A stretch of 64,000 nt of DNA from Macrostomum lignano (Eukaryota). The stretch spans positions 62,001-126,000 of the forward strand of contig NIVC01000077.1 of the NCBI GenBank assembly GCA_002269645.1, written 5' to 3'. The notes beneath the pieces were generated by a model. It saw nothing but the letters and a program-made list of their open reading frames with translations, made no database searches and was not told the origin of the DNA. A program made the translations under genes and the position numbers. Below are positions 12,235 through 26,759 of the stretch, in pieces. Position 1 is the stretch's first letter, and each line of letters starts with the position of its first letter.

Positions 12235-15200
12235 TGCTTAGAAGATGCAGTCATCAAGTCTAATTGGCCTGACACTCAAAGCTGCAGTCTAATAGATGCA
12301 GTCATCAAGTCTAATTGGCCTGACACTCAAAGCTGCAGTCTAATAGATGCAATCATCAAGTCTAATTGGCCTGACACTCAAAGCTGCAGTCTAATAGATG
12401 CAGTCATCAAGTCTAATTGGCCTGACACTCAAAGCTGCAGTCTAATAGATGCAATCATCAAGTCTAATTGGCCTGACACTCAAAGCTGCAGTCTAATAGA
12501 TGCAGTCATCAAGTCTAATTGGCCTGACACTCAAAGCTGCAGTCTAATAGATGCAGTCATCAAGTCTAATTGGCCTGACACTCAAAGCTGCAGTCTAATA
12601 GATGCAATCATCAAGTCTAATTGGCCTGACACTCAAAGCTGCAGTCTAATAGATGCAGTCATCAAGTCTAATTGGCCTGACACTCAAAGCTGCAGTCTAA
12701 TAGATGCAGTCATCAAGTCTAATTGGCCTGACACTCAAAGCTGCAGTCTAATAGATGCAATCATCAAGTCTAATTGGCCTGACACTCAAATCTGCAGTCT
12801 AAAAGATGCAATCATCAAGTCTAACTGGCCTGACACTCAAAGCTGCAGTCTAATAGATGCAGTCATCAAGTCTAATTGGCCTGACACTCAAAGCTGCAGT
12901 CTAATAGATGCAATCATCAAGTCTAACAGGCCTGACACTCAAAGCTGCAGTCTAATAGATGCAAGCATCAAGTCTAACTGGCCTGACACTCAAAGCTGCA
13001 GTCTAAAAGATGCAGTCATCAAGTCTAACTGGCTGGACACTCAAAGCTGCAGTCTAATAGATGCAATCATCAAGTCTAACAGGCCTGACACTCAAAGCTG
13101 CAGTCTAATAGATGCAATCATCAAGTCTAACTGGCCAGACACTCAAAGCTGCAGTCTAATAGATGCAATCATCAAGTCTAACTGGCCTGACACTCAAAGC
13201 TGCAGTCTAATAGATGCAATTATCAAGTCTAACAGGCCTGACACTCAAAGCTGCAGTCTAAAAGATGCAATCATCAAGTCCAACTAGTCTGAAACTCAAA
13301 TCTGCAGTCTAATAGATGCAATCATCAAGTCTAATAGGCCTGACACTCAAAGCTGCAGTCTAATAGATGCAATCATCAAGTCTAACAGGCCTGACACTCA
13401 AATCTGCAGTCTAATAGATGCAGTCATCAAGTCTAACTGGCCTGACACTCAAAGCTGCAGTCTAATAGATGCAAGCATCAAGTCTAACAGGCCTGACACT
13501 CAAAGCTGCAGTCTAATAGATGCAATCATCAAGTCTAATTGGCCTGACACTCAAAGCTGCAGTCTAATAGATGCAATCATCAAGACTAACGGGCTGACAC
13601 TCAAAGCTGCAGTCTAATAGATGCAATTATCAAGTCTAACAGGCCTGACACTCAAAGCTGCAGTCTAATAGATGCAATCATCAAGCCCAACTAGTCTGAA
13701 ACTCAAATCTGCAGTCTAATAGATGCAATCATCAAGTCTAATTGGCCTGACACTCAAAGCTGCAGTCTAATAGATGCAATCATCAAGTCTAATTGGCCGG
13801 ACACTCAAAGCTGCAGTCTAATAGATGCAATCATCAAGTCTAATTGGCCTGACACTCAAATCTGCAGTCTAAAAGATGCAATTATCAAGTCTAACTGGCC
13901 TGACACTCAAAGCTGCAGTCTAATAGATGCAATCATCAAGTCTAATTGGCCTGACACTCAAAGCTGCAGTCTAATAGATGCAATCATCAAGTCTAATAGG
14001 CCTGACACTCAAAGCTGCAGTCTAATAGATGCAAGCATCAAGTCTAATTGGCCTGACACTCAAATCTGCAGTCTAAAAGATGCAATCATCAAGTCTAACT
14101 GGCCTGACACTCAAAGCTGCAGTCTAATAGATGCAATCATCAAGTCTAATTGGCCTGACACTCAAAGCTGCAGTCTAATAGATGCAATCATCAAGTCTAA
14201 CAGGCCTGACACTCAAAGCTGCAGTCTAATAGATGCAAGCATCAAGTCTAACTGGCCTGACACTCAAAGCTGCAGTCTAAAAGATGCAGTCATCAAGTCT
14301 AACTGGCTGACACTCAAAGCTGCAGTCTAATAGATGCAATCATCAAGTCTAACAGGCCTGACACTCAAAGCTGCAGTCTAATAGATGCAATCATCAAGTC
14401 TAACTGGCCACACTCAAAGCTGCAGTCTAATAGATGCAATCATCAAGTCTAACTGGCCTGACACTCAAAGCTGCAGTCTAATAGATGCAATTATCAAGTC
14501 TAACAGGCCTGACACTCAAAGCTGCAGTCTAATAGATGCAATCATCAAGTCAACTAGTCTGAACTCAAATCTGCAGTCTAATAGATGCAATCATCAAGTC
14601 TAACTGGCCGGACACTCAAAGCTGCAGTCTAAAAGATGCAGTCATCAAGTCTAACTGGCCGGACACTCAAAGCTGCAGTCTAATAGATGCAGTCATCAAG
14701 TCTAATTGGCCTGACACTCAAAGCTGCAGTCTAATAGATGCAATCATCAAGTCTAATTGGCCTGACACTCAAAGCTGCAGTCTAATAGATGCAGTCATCA
14801 AGTCTAACAGGCCTGACACTCAAAGCTGCAGTCTAATAGATGCAATCATCAAGTCTAATTGGCCTGACACTCAAAGCTGCAGTCTAATAGATGCAGTCAT
14901 CAAGTCTAATTGGCCTGACACTCAAAGCTGCAGTCTAATAGATGCAGTCATCAAGTCTAATTGGCCTGACACTCAAAGCTGCAGTCTAATAGATGCAATC
15001 ATCAAGTCTAATTGGCCTGACACTCAAAGCTGCAGTCTAATAGATGCAGTCATCAAGTCTAATTGGCCTGACACTCAAAGCTGCAGTCTAATAGATGCAG
15101 TCATCAAGTCTAATTGGCCTGACACTCAAAGCTGCAGTCTAATAGATGCAATCATCAAGTCTAATTGGCCTGACACTCAAAGCTGCAGTCTAATAGATGC

Positions 15201-18200
15201 AATCATCAAGTCTAATTGGCCTGACACTCAAAGCTGCAGTCTAATAGATGCAATCATCAAGTCTAATTGGCCTGACACTCAAATCTGCAGTCTAAAGATG
15301 CAATCATCAAGTCTAACTGGCCTGACACTCAAAGCTGCAGTCTAATAGATGCAATCATCAAGTCTAATTGGCCTGACACTCAAAGCTGCAGTCTAATAGA
15401 TGCAATCATCAAGTCTAACAGGCCTGACACTCAAAGCTGCAGTCTAATAGATGCAAGCATCAAGTCTAATTGGCCTGACACTCAAAGCTGCAGTCTAAAG
15501 ATGCAATCATCAAGTCTAACTGGCCTGACACTCAAAGCTGCAGTCTAATAGATGCAATCATCAAGTCTAATTGGCCTGACACTCAAAGCTGCAGTCTAAT
15601 AGATGCAATCATCAAGTCTAACAGGCCTGACACTCAAAGCTGCAGTCTAAAAGATGCAATCATCAAGTCTAACTGGCCTGACACTCAAAGCTGCAGTCTA
15701 AAGATGCAGTCATCAAGTCTAACTGGCTGACACTCAAAGCTGCAGTCTAATAGATGCAATCATCAAGTCTAACAGGCCTGACACTCAAAGCTGCAGTCTA
15801 ATAGATGCAATCATCAAGTCTAACTGGCCAGACACTCAAAGCTGCAGTCTAATAGATGCAATCATCAAGTCTAACTGGCCTGACACTCAAAGCTGCAGTC
15901 TAATAGATGCAATCATCAAGTCTAACAGGCCTGACACTCAAAGCTGCAGTCTAATAGATGCAATCATCAAGTCCAACTAGTCTGAACTCAAAGCTGCAGT
16001 CTAATAGATGCAATCATCAAGTCTAATAGGCCTGACACTCAAAGCTGCAGTCTAATAGATGCAATCATCAAGTCTAACAGGCCTGACACTCAAATCTGCA
16101 GTCTAATAGATGCAATCATCAAGTCTAACTGGCCTGACACTCAAAGCTGCAGTCTAATAGATGCAAGCATCAAGTCTAACAGGCCTGACACTCAAAGCTG
16201 CAGTCTAATAGATGCAATCATCAAGTCTAATTGGCCTGACACTCAAAGCTGCAGTCTAATAGATGCAATTATCAAGTCTAACTGGCCTGACACTCAAAGC
16301 TGCAGTCTAATAGATGCAATCATCAAGTCCAACTAGTCTGAAACTCAAATCTGCAGTCTAATAGATGCAATCATCAAGTCCAACTAGTCTGAAACTCAAA
16401 TCTGCAGTCTAATAGATGCAATCATCAAGTCTAATAGGCCTGACACTCAAAGCTGCAGTCTAATAGATGCAATCATCAAGTCTAACAGGCCTGACACTCA
16501 AAGCTGCAGTCTAATAGATGCAATCATCAAGTCTAACTGGCCTGACACTCAAAGCTGCAGTCTAATAGATGCAATCATCAAGTCTAACAGGCCTGACACT
16601 CAAAGCTGCAGTCTAATAGATGCAATCATCAAGTCTAATTGGCCTGACACTCAAAGCTGCAGTCTAATAGATGCAATCATCAAGTCTAACAGGCCTGACA
16701 CTCAAAGCTGCAGTCTAATAGATGCAATCATCAAGTCTAACTAGGCCTGACACTCAAAGCTGCAGTCTAATAGATGCAATCATCAAGTCTAACTGGCCTG
16801 ACACTCAAAGCTGCAGTCTAATAGATGCAGTCATCAAGTCTAATTGGCCTGACACTCAAAGCTGCAGTCTAATAGATGCAATCATCAAGTCTAATTGGCC
16901 TGACACTCAAAGCTGCAGTCTAATAGATGCAGTCATCAAGTCTAATTGGCCTGACACTCAAAGCTGCAGTCTAATAGATGCAATCATCAAGTCTAATTGG
17001 CCTGACACTCAAAGCTGCAGTCTAATAGATGCAGTCATCAAGTCTAATTGGCCTGACACTCAAAGCTGCAGTCTAATAGATGCAGTCATCAAGTCTAATT
17101 GGCCTGACACTCAAAGCTGCAGTCTAATAGATGCAATCATCAAGTCTAATTGGCCTGACACTCAAAGCTGCAGTCTAATAGATGCAGTCATCAAGTCTAA
17201 TTGGCCTGACACTCAAAGCTGCAGTCTAATAGATGCAGTCATCAAGTCTAATTGGCCTGACACTCAAAGCTGCAGTCTAATAGATGCAATCATCAAGTCT
17301 AATTGGCCTGACACTCAAAGCTGCAGTCTAATAGATGCAATCATCAAGTCTAATTGGCCTGACACTCAAAGCTGCAGTCTAATAGATGCAGTCATCAAGT
17401 CTAATTGGCCTGACACTCAAAGCTGCAGTCTAATAGATGCAATCATCAAGTCTAATTGGCCTGACACTCAAAGCTGCAGTCTAATAGATGCAATCATCAA
17501 GTCTAATGGCCTGACACTCAAAGCTGCAGTCTAATAGATGCAATCATCAAGTCTAACTGGCCTGACACTCAAAGCTGCAGTCTAATAGATGCAATCATCA
17601 AGTCTAACAGGCCTGACACTCAAAGCTGCAGTCTAATAGATGCAATCATCAAGTCTAATTGGCCTGACACTCAAAGCTGCAGTCTAATAGATGCAATCAT
17701 CAAGTCTAACTGGCCTGACACTCAAAGCTGCAGTCTAATAGATGCAATCATCAAGTCTAAGGCCTGACACTCAAAGCTGCAGTCTAAAGATGCAATCATC
17801 AAGTCTAACAGGCTGACACTCAAAGCTGCAGTCTAATAGATGCAGTCATCAAGTCTAATGGCCTGACACTCAAATCTGCAGTCTAAAAGATGCAATCTTC
17901 AAGTCTAACTGGCCTGACACTCAAAGCTGCAGTCTAATAGATGCAATCATCAAGTCTAATTGGCCTGACACTCAAAGCTGCAGTCTAATAGATGCAATCA
18001 TCAAGTCTAACAGGCCTGACACTCAAAGCTGCAGTCTAAAGATGCAAGCATCAAGTCTAACTGGCCTGACACTCAAAGCTGCAGTCTAAAAGATGCAGTC
18101 ATCAAGTCTAACTGGCTGGACACTCAAAGCTGCAGTCTAATAGATGCAATCATCAAGTCTAACAGGCCTGACACTCAAAGCTGCAGTCTAATAGATGCAA

Positions 18201-21200
18201 TCATCAAGTCTAACTGGCCAGACACTCAAAGCTGCAGTCTAATAGATGCAATCATCAAGTCTAACTGGCCTGACACTCAAAGCTGCAGTCTAATAGATGC
18301 AATTATCAAGTCTAACAGGCCTGACACTCAAAGCTGCAGTCTAATAGATGCAATCATCAAGTCTAGTCTGAACTCAAATCAGTCTAATAGATGCAATCAT
18401 CAAGTCTAATAGGCCTGACACTCAAAGCTGCAGTCTAATAGATGCAATCATCAAGTCTAACAGGCCTGACACTCAAATCTGCAGTCTAATAGATGCAGTC
18501 ATCAAGTCTAACTGGCCTGACACTCAAAGCTGCAGTCTAATAGATGCAAGCATCAAGTCTAACAGGCCTGACACTCAAAGCTGCAGTCTAATAGATGCAA
18601 TCATCAAGTCTAATTGGCCTGACACTCAAAGCTGCAGTCTAATAGATGCAATTATCAAGTCTAACAGGCCTGACACTCAAAGCTGCAGTCTAATAGATGC
18701 AATCATCAAGTCCAACTAGTCTGAAACTCAAATCTGCAGTCTAATAGATGCAATCATCAAGTCTAACTGGCCTGACACTCAAAGCTGCAGTCTAATAGAT
18801 GCAATCATCAAGTCTAATTGGCCTGACACTCAAAGCTGCAGTCTAATAGATGCAATCATCAAGTCTAATTGGCCTGACACTCAAAGCTGCAGTCTAATAG
18901 ATGCAGTCATCAAGTCTAATTGGCCTGACACTCAAAGCTGCAGTCTAATAGATGCAATCATCAAGTCTAATTGGCCTGACACTCAAAGCTGCAGTCTAAT
19001 AGATGCAGTCATCAAGTCTAATTGGCCTGACACTCAAAGCTGCAGTCTAATAGATGCAGTCATCAAGTCTAATTGGCCTGACACTCAAAGCTGCAGTCTA
19101 ATAGATGCAATCATCAAGTCTAATTGGCCTGACACTCAAAGCTGCAGTCTAATAGATGCATCATCAAGTCTAATTGGCCTGACACTCAAAGCTGCAGTCT
19201 AATAGATGCAGTCATCAAGTCTAATTGGCCTGACACTCAAAGCTGCAGTCTAATAGATGCAATCATCAAGTCTAATTGGCCTGACACTCAAAGCTGCAGT
19301 CTAATAGATGCAAGCATCAAGTCTAATTGGCCTGACACTCAAAGCTGCAGTCTAATAGATGCAATCATCAAGTCTAATTGGCCTGACACTCAAAGCTGCA
19401 GTCTAATAGATGCAAGTCATCAAGTCTAATTGGCCTGACACTCAAAGCTGCAGTCTAAAGATGCAGTCATCAAGTCTATTGGCCTGACACTCAAAGCTGC
19501 AGTCTAATAGATGCAATCATCAAGTCTAATTGGCCTGACACTCAAAGCTGCAGTCTAATAGATGCAGTCATCAAGTCTAATTGGCCTGACACTCAAAGCT
19601 GCAGTCTAATAGATGCAGTCATCAAGTCTAATTGGCCTGACACTCAAAGCTGCAGTCTAATAGATGCAATCATCAAGTCTAACAGGCCTGACACTCAAAG
19701 CTGCAGTCTAAAAGATGCAATCATCAAGTCTAACTGGCCTGACACTCAAAGCTGCAGTCTAATAGATGCAATCATCAAGTCTAATTGGCCTGACACTCAA
19801 AGCTGCAGTCTAATAGATGCAATCATCAAGTCTAACAGGCCTGACACTCAAAGCTGCAGTCTAATAGATGCAAGCATCAAGTCTAACTGGCCTGACACTC
19901 AAAGCTGCAGTCTAAAGATGCAGTCATCAAGTCTAACTGGCTGGACACTCAAAGCTGCAGTCTAATAGATGCAATCATCAAGTCTAACAGGCCTGACACT
20001 CAAAGCTGCAGTCTAATAGATGCAATCATCAAGTCTAACTGGCCAGACACTCAAAGCTGCAGTCTAATAGATGCAATCATCAAGTCTAACTGGCCTGACA
20101 CTCAAAGCTGCAGTCTAATAGATGCAATATCAAGTCTAACAGGCCTGACACTCAAAGCTGCAGTCTAAAAGATGCAATCATCAAGTCCAACTAGTCTGAA
20201 ACTCAAATCTGCAGTCTAATAGATGCAGTCATCAAGTCTAATAGGCCTGACACTCAAATCTGCAGTCTAAAGATGCAATCATCAAGTCTAACTGGCCTGA
20301 CACTCAAAGCTGCATCTAATAGATGCAATCATCAAGTCTAATTAGCCTGACACTCAAAGCTGCAGTCTAATAGATGCAATCATCAAGTCTAACAGGCCTG
20401 ACACTCAAAGCTGCAGTCTAAAGATGCAAGCATCAAGTCTAACTGGCCTGACACTCAAAGCTGCAGTCTAAAGATGCAGTCATCAAGTCTAACTGGCTGA
20501 CACTCAAAGCTGCAGTCTAATAGATGCAATCATCAAGTCTAACAGGCCTGACACTCAAAGCTGCAGTCTAATAGATGCAATCATCAAGTCTAACTGGCCA
20601 GACACTCAAAGCTGCAGTCTAATAGATGCAATCATCAAGTCTAACTGGCCTGACACTCAAAGCTGCAGTCTAATAGATGCAATTATCAAGTCTAACAGGC
20701 CTGACACTCAAAGCTGCAGTCTAATAGATGCAATCATCAAGTCAACTAGTCTGAACTCAAATCTGCAGTCTAATAGATGCAATCATCAAGTATAATAGGC
20801 CGGACACTCAAAGCTGCAGTCTAATAGATGCAATCATCAAGTCTAACAGGCCTGACACTCAAATCTGCAGTCTAATAGATGCAGTCATCAAGTCTAACTG
20901 GCCTGACACTCAAAGCTGCAGTCTAATAGATGCAAGCATCAAGTCTAACAGGCCTGACACTCAAAGCTGCAGTCTAATAGATGCAATCATCAAGTCTAAT
21001 TGGCCTGACACTCAAAGCTGCAGTCTAATAGATGCAATTATCAAGTCTAACAGGCCTGACACTCAAAGCTGTAGTCTAATAGATGCAATCATCAAGTCCA
21101 ACTAGTCTGAAACTCAAATCTGCAGTCTAATAGATGCAATCATCAAGTCTAACTGGCCGGACACTCAAAGCTGCAGTCTAATAGATGCAGTCATCAAGTC

Positions 21201-24200
21201 TAATTGGCCTGACACTCAAAGCTGCAGTCTAATAGATGCAATCATCAAGTCTAATTGGCCTGACACTCAAAGCTGCAGTCTAATAGATGCAGTCATCAAG
21301 TCTAATTGGCCTGACACTCAAAGCTGCAGTCTAATAGATGCAATCATCAAGTCTAATTGGCCTGACACTCAAAGCTGCAGTCTAATAGATGCAGTCATCA
21401 AGTCTAATTGGCCTGACACTCAAAGCTGCAGTCTAATAGATGCAGTCATCAAGTCTAATTGGCCTGACACTCAAAGCTGCAGTCTAATAGATGCAATCAT
21501 CAAGTCTAATTGGCCTGACACTCAAAGCTGCAGTCTAATAGATGCAGTCATCAAGTCTAATTGGCCTGACACTCAAAGCTGCAGTCTAATAGATGCAGTC
21601 ATCAAGTCTAATTGGCCTGACACTCAAAGCTGCAGTCTAATAGATGCAATCATCAAGTCTAATTGGCCTGACACTCAAAGCTGCAGTCTAATAGATGCAA
21701 GCATCAAGTCTAACTGGCCTGACACTCAAAGCTGCAGTCTAATAGATGCAATCATCAAGTCTAACAGGCCTGACACTCAAAGCTGCTGTCTAATAGATGC
21801 AAGCATCAAGTCTAATTGGCCTGACACTCAAATCTGCAGTCTAAAAGATGCAATCTTCAAGTCTAACTGGCCTGACACTCAAAGCTGCAGTCTAATAGAT
21901 GCAATCATCAAGTCTAATTGGCCTGACACTCAAAGCTGCAGTCTAATAGATGCAATCATCAAGTCTAACAGGCCTGACACTCAAAGCTGCAGTCTAAAAG
22001 ATGCAAGCATCAAGTCTAACTGGCCTGACACTCAAAGCTGCAGTCTAAAAGATGCAGTCATCAAGTCTAACTGGCTGGACACTCAAAGCTGCAGTCTAAT
22101 AGATGCAATCATCAAGTCTAACAGGCCTGACACTCAAAGCTGCAGTCTAATAGATGCAATCATCAAGTCTAACTGGCCAGACACTCAAAGCTGCAGTCTA
22201 ATAGATGCAATCATCAAGTCTAACTGGCCTGACACTCAAAGCTGCAGTCTAATAGATGCAATTATCAAGTCTAACAGGCCTGACACTCAAAGCTGCAGTC
22301 TAATAGATGCAATCATCAAGTCTAACTGGCCGGACACTTAAAGCTGCAGTCTAATAGATGCAGTCATCAAGTCTAATTGGCCTGACACTCAAAGCTGCAG
22401 TCTAATAGATGCAATCATCAAGTCTAATTGGCCTGACACTCAAAGCTGCAGTCTAATAGATGCAGTCATCAAGTCTAATTGGCCTGACACTCAAAGCTGC
22501 AGTCTAATAGATGCAATCATCAAGTCTAATTGGCCTGACACTCAAAGCTGCAGTCTAATAGATGCAGTCATCAAGTCTAATTGGCCTGACACTCAAAGCT
22601 GCAGTCTAATAGATGCAGTCATCAAGTCTAATTGGCCTGACACTCAAATCTGCAGTCTAATAGATGCAATCATCAAGTCTAATTGGCCTGACACTCAAAG
22701 CTGCAGTCTAATAGATGCAGTCATCAAGTCTAATTGGCCTGACACTCAAAGCTGCAGTCTAATAGATGCAGTCATCAAGTCTAATTGGCCTGACACTCAA
22801 AGCTGCAGTCTAATAGATGCAATCATCAAGTCTAACAGGCCTGACACTCAAATCTGCAGTCTAAAAGATGCAATCATCAAGTCTAACTGGCCTGACACTC
22901 AAAGCTGCAGTCTAATAGATGCAGTCATCAAGTCTAATTGGCCTGACACTCAAAGCTGCAGTCTAATAGATGCAATCATCAAGTCTAACAGGCCTGACAC
23001 TCAAAGCTGCAGTCTAATAGATGCAAGCATCAAGTCTAACTGGCCTGACACTCAAAGCTGCAGTCTAAAAGATGCAGTCATCAAGTCTAACTGGCTGACA
23101 CTCAAAGCTGCAGTCTAATAGATGCAATCATCAAGTCTAACAGGCCTGACACTCAAAGCTGCAGTCTAATAGATGCAATCATCAAGTCTAACTGGCCAGA
23201 CACTCAAAGCTGCAGTCTAATAGATGCAATCATCAAGTCTAACTGGCCTGACACTCAAAGCTGCAGTCTAATAGATGCAATTATCAAGTCTAACAGGCCT
23301 GACACTCAAAGCTGCAGTCTAAAAGATGCAATCATCAAGTCCAACTAGTCTGAAACTCAAATCTGCAGTCTAATAGATGCAATCATCAAGTCTAATAGGC
23401 CTGACACTCAAATCTGCAGTCTAAAAGATGCAATCTTCAAGTCTAACTGGCCTGACACTCAAAGCTGCAATCTAATAGATGCAATCATCAAGTCTAATTG
23501 GCCTGACACTCAAAGCTGCAGTCTAATAGATGCAATCATCAAGTCTAACAGGCCTGACACTCAAAGCTGCAGTCTAAAAGATGCAAGCATCAAGTCTAAC
23601 TGGCCTGACACTCAAAGCTGCAGTCTAAAAGATGCAGTCATCAAGTCTAACTGGCTGGACACTCAAAGCTGCAGTCTAATAGATGCAATCATCAAGTCTA
23701 ATTGGCCTGACACTCAAATCTGCAGTCTAAAAGATGCAATCATCAAGTCTAACTGGCCTGACACTCAAAGCTGCAGTCTAATAGATGCAATCATCAAGTC
23801 TAATTGGCCTGACACTCAAAGCTGCAGTCTAATAGATGCAATCATCAAGTCTAACAGGCCTGACACTCAAAGCTGCTGTCTAATAGATGCAAGCATCAAG
23901 TCTAATTGGCCTGACACTCAAATCTGCAGTCTAAAAGATGCAATCTTCAAGTCTAACTGGCCTGACACTCAAAGCTGCAGTCTAATAGATGCAATCATCA
24001 AGTCTAATTGGCCGGACACTCAAAGCTGCAGTCTAATAGATGCAATCATCAAGTCTAATTGGCCTGACACTCAAATCTGCAGTCTAAAAGATGCAATCAT
24101 CAAGTCTAACTGGCCTGACACTCAAAGCTGCAGTCTAATAGATGCAATCATCAAGTCTAATTGGCCTGACACTCAAAGCTGCAGTCTAATAGATGCAATC

Positions 24201-24477
24201 ATCAAGTCTAATAGGCCTGACACTCAAATCTGCAGTCTAAAGATGCAATCTTCAAGTCTAATTGGCCTGACACTCAAAGCTGCAGTCTAATAGATGCAAT
24301 CATCAAGTCCAACTAGTCTGAAACTCAAATCTGCAGTCTAATAGATGCAATCATCAAGTCTAACTGGCCGGACACTCAAAGCTGCAGTCTAAAAGATGCA
24401 GTCATCAAGTCTAACTGGCCGGACACTCAAAGCTGCAGTCTAATAGATGCAGTCATCAAGTCTAACTGGCCGGACAC
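12235..24477. repeat. 51-bp satellite array, 12.2 kb, about 240 monomers, with higher-order variant blocks
   Basis: Monomer GCCTGACACTCAAAGCTGCAGTCTAATAGATGCA(A/G)TCATCAAGTCTAATTG. One PstI site per monomer and an internal AGTCTAAT duplication. Confidence 0.98.
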
Positions 24478-24929
24478 ACAACAGTTTTTTCTAGCTGATC
24501 TCACACGACAAGAAGACACTACACTGCACTGTATGGCCACAATTGCGATAGCAAAGCAGGGATTGGCTGCAGAAAAGCTTGGCCAATCCCAATTACAGAG
24601 CTGCACTCAGCAGCATTCCAGCGTCCTAAATCTACTCTTAGGCTTTCCCTCTGCATGCTCCCTACAAGCAGAAAGCAAAGCACTGTTTGTCAGGACGGTG
24701 TCAAACGAAAAAAGTTAATAAGCTATCAATCCATAATCAAGTCAAAGGGACAAAAGTGAGCAGTTGCCTCCAGCAGAAAGGGTACGTCAATCCATACCTA
24801 TTATTGGACAGAGCTGTTTTAGCAATCCAGCATCCACAAAATGAGCTCTGCGTTTGACATCGAGATGGGCGCCTCAATCAGAGAGCTCACAAGGCGGCGC
24901 TCCAGCTTTGCTGTCGGAATGCAGGACGG

Positions 24930-25215
24930 TAAGCGCTCAGGGTGAACTGTCACTCATTCTTAGCACTCAGGGTGAACTGTCACTCAATCTTAGCACTCAG
25001 GGTGAACTGTCACTCATTCTTAGCACTCGGGGTGAACTGTAACTCATTCTTAGCACTCAGGGTGAACTGTCACTCATTCTTAGCACTCGGGGTGAACTGT
25101 CACTCATTCTTAGCACTCAGGGTGAACCGTCACTCATTCTTAACAGTCAGTGTAAACTTTTACCCAGAATGAAGTTGAATTGTCACTCGTTCTAAGCACT
25201 CAGAGTGAACTGTCT
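24930..25215. repeat. 30-bp minisatellite
   Basis: Unit TAGCACTCAGGGTGAACTGTCACTCATTCT, about 7-9 copies. Confidence 0.93.
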
Positions 25216-25708
25216 CTATGCCGAGTGAACCAAATCATCTGTGATTCCATAAGTTATTTTTTCATATTCCCTTATATTTCTCTATTTTTTGAAAACTATT
25301 CAAAACTCTTACTTTCTTTCCTTATATAGGATTGACTATACTATTTAATTAGTCATGCAAGTTATAAAACTAATTGGATTTCAGGCTGAGGTGAATTTTA
25401 TCCAGTTTTTCGGGGGCAGGATGTGTTTTTGTTATAATTTATAGCCAAGTTAATCAGAAAAACCCATTAACCCTTTTATACGGATGAATATGTCAGTTGG
25501 ATGAATTAATTTAATTAAAAATCATTGATTAGATAAAGCCAATTAGATTTGTGAGCAGATGGCTAGTATGCAAGGTTCAAAAATAGTGTATTTTATTTTA
25601 TTAACTCACAAAATACAACCGTACAGATTTTATTAATGGGGAATGTGCAATTTCATAGAAATAACTTACTTTGATAACTTAACCTAAGAGTCTCGGTTTC
25701 AAGCAGAC

Positions 25709-26605
25709 TTTAGAATGGCGCCTCAAGAAACAGCGCCTTTAGAATGGCGCCTCAAGAAACCGCGCCTTTAGAATGGCGCCTCAAGAAACAGCGTCTTTAG
25801 AATGGCGCCTCAAGAAACAGCGCCTTTAGAATGGCGCCTCAAGAAACAGCGCCTTTAGAATGGCGCCTCAAGAAACAGCGCCTTTAGAATGGCGCCTCAA
25901 GAAACAGCGCCTTTAGAATGGCGCCTCAAGAAACAGCGTCTTTAGAATGGCGCCTCAAGAAACAGCGCCTTTAGAATGGCGCCTCAAGAAACAGCGCCTT
26001 TAGAATGGCGCCTCAAGAAACAGCGTCTTTAGAATGGCGCCTCAAGAAACAGCATCTTTAGAATGGCGCCTCAAGAAACAGCGTCTTTAGAATGGCGCCT
26101 CAAGAAACAGCGTCTTTAGAATGGCGCCTCAAGAAACAGCGCCTTTAGAATGGCGCCTCAAGAAACAACGTCTTTAGAATGGCGCCTCAAGAAACAGCGC
26201 CTTTAGAATGGCGCCTCAAGAAACAGCGTCTTTAGAATGGCGCCTCAAGAAACAACGTCTTTAGAATGGCGCCTCAAGAAACAGCGCCTTTAGAATGGCG
26301 CCTCAAGAAACAGCGCCTTTAGAATGGCGCCTCAAGAAACAGCGCCTTTAGAATGGCGCCTCAAGAAACAGCGCCTTTAGAATGGCGCCTCAAGAAACAG
26401 CGCCTTTAGAATGGCGCCTCAAGAAACAGCGCCTTTAGAATGGCGCCTCAAGAAACAACGTCTTTAGAATGGCGCCTCAAGAAACAGCGCCTTTAGAATG
26501 GCGCCTCAAGAAACAGCGCCTTTAGAATGGCGCCTCAAGAAACAGCGCCTTTAGAATGGCGCCTCAAGAAACAGCGCCTTTAGAATGGCGCCTCAAGAAA
26601 CAGCA
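25709..26605. repeat. 29-bp minisatellite, about 31 copies
   Basis: Unit TTTAGAATGGCGCCTCAAGAAACAGCGCC, very homogeneous. Confidence 0.97.
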
Positions 26606-26759
26606 AGAATGCAAAGAAACATACTAGTAGCTCGTGTTATGGGATTTTATATACAAGCTTTTTTTAATTTATCTATGCATTGTGTAGGTGTATCACCTCA
26701 CAAACAGCGTCTCAATAACAACTCCGCAAACATTACCTGTAGCTGCACATGCCCAGCGT

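Noticed and set aside
12202-13287. 361-aa ORF (and 16722..17534) of NWPDTQSCSLIDAVIKS repeats
   Set aside because: The 51-bp unit equals 17 codons with one stop-free frame. Stops and indels break the frame elsewhere in the array, and there is no splice or unique-domain context.
12235-26605. CRISPR-like array
   Set aside because: Monomers are head-to-tail with no unique spacers, there are no cas genes, and the context is eukaryotic.
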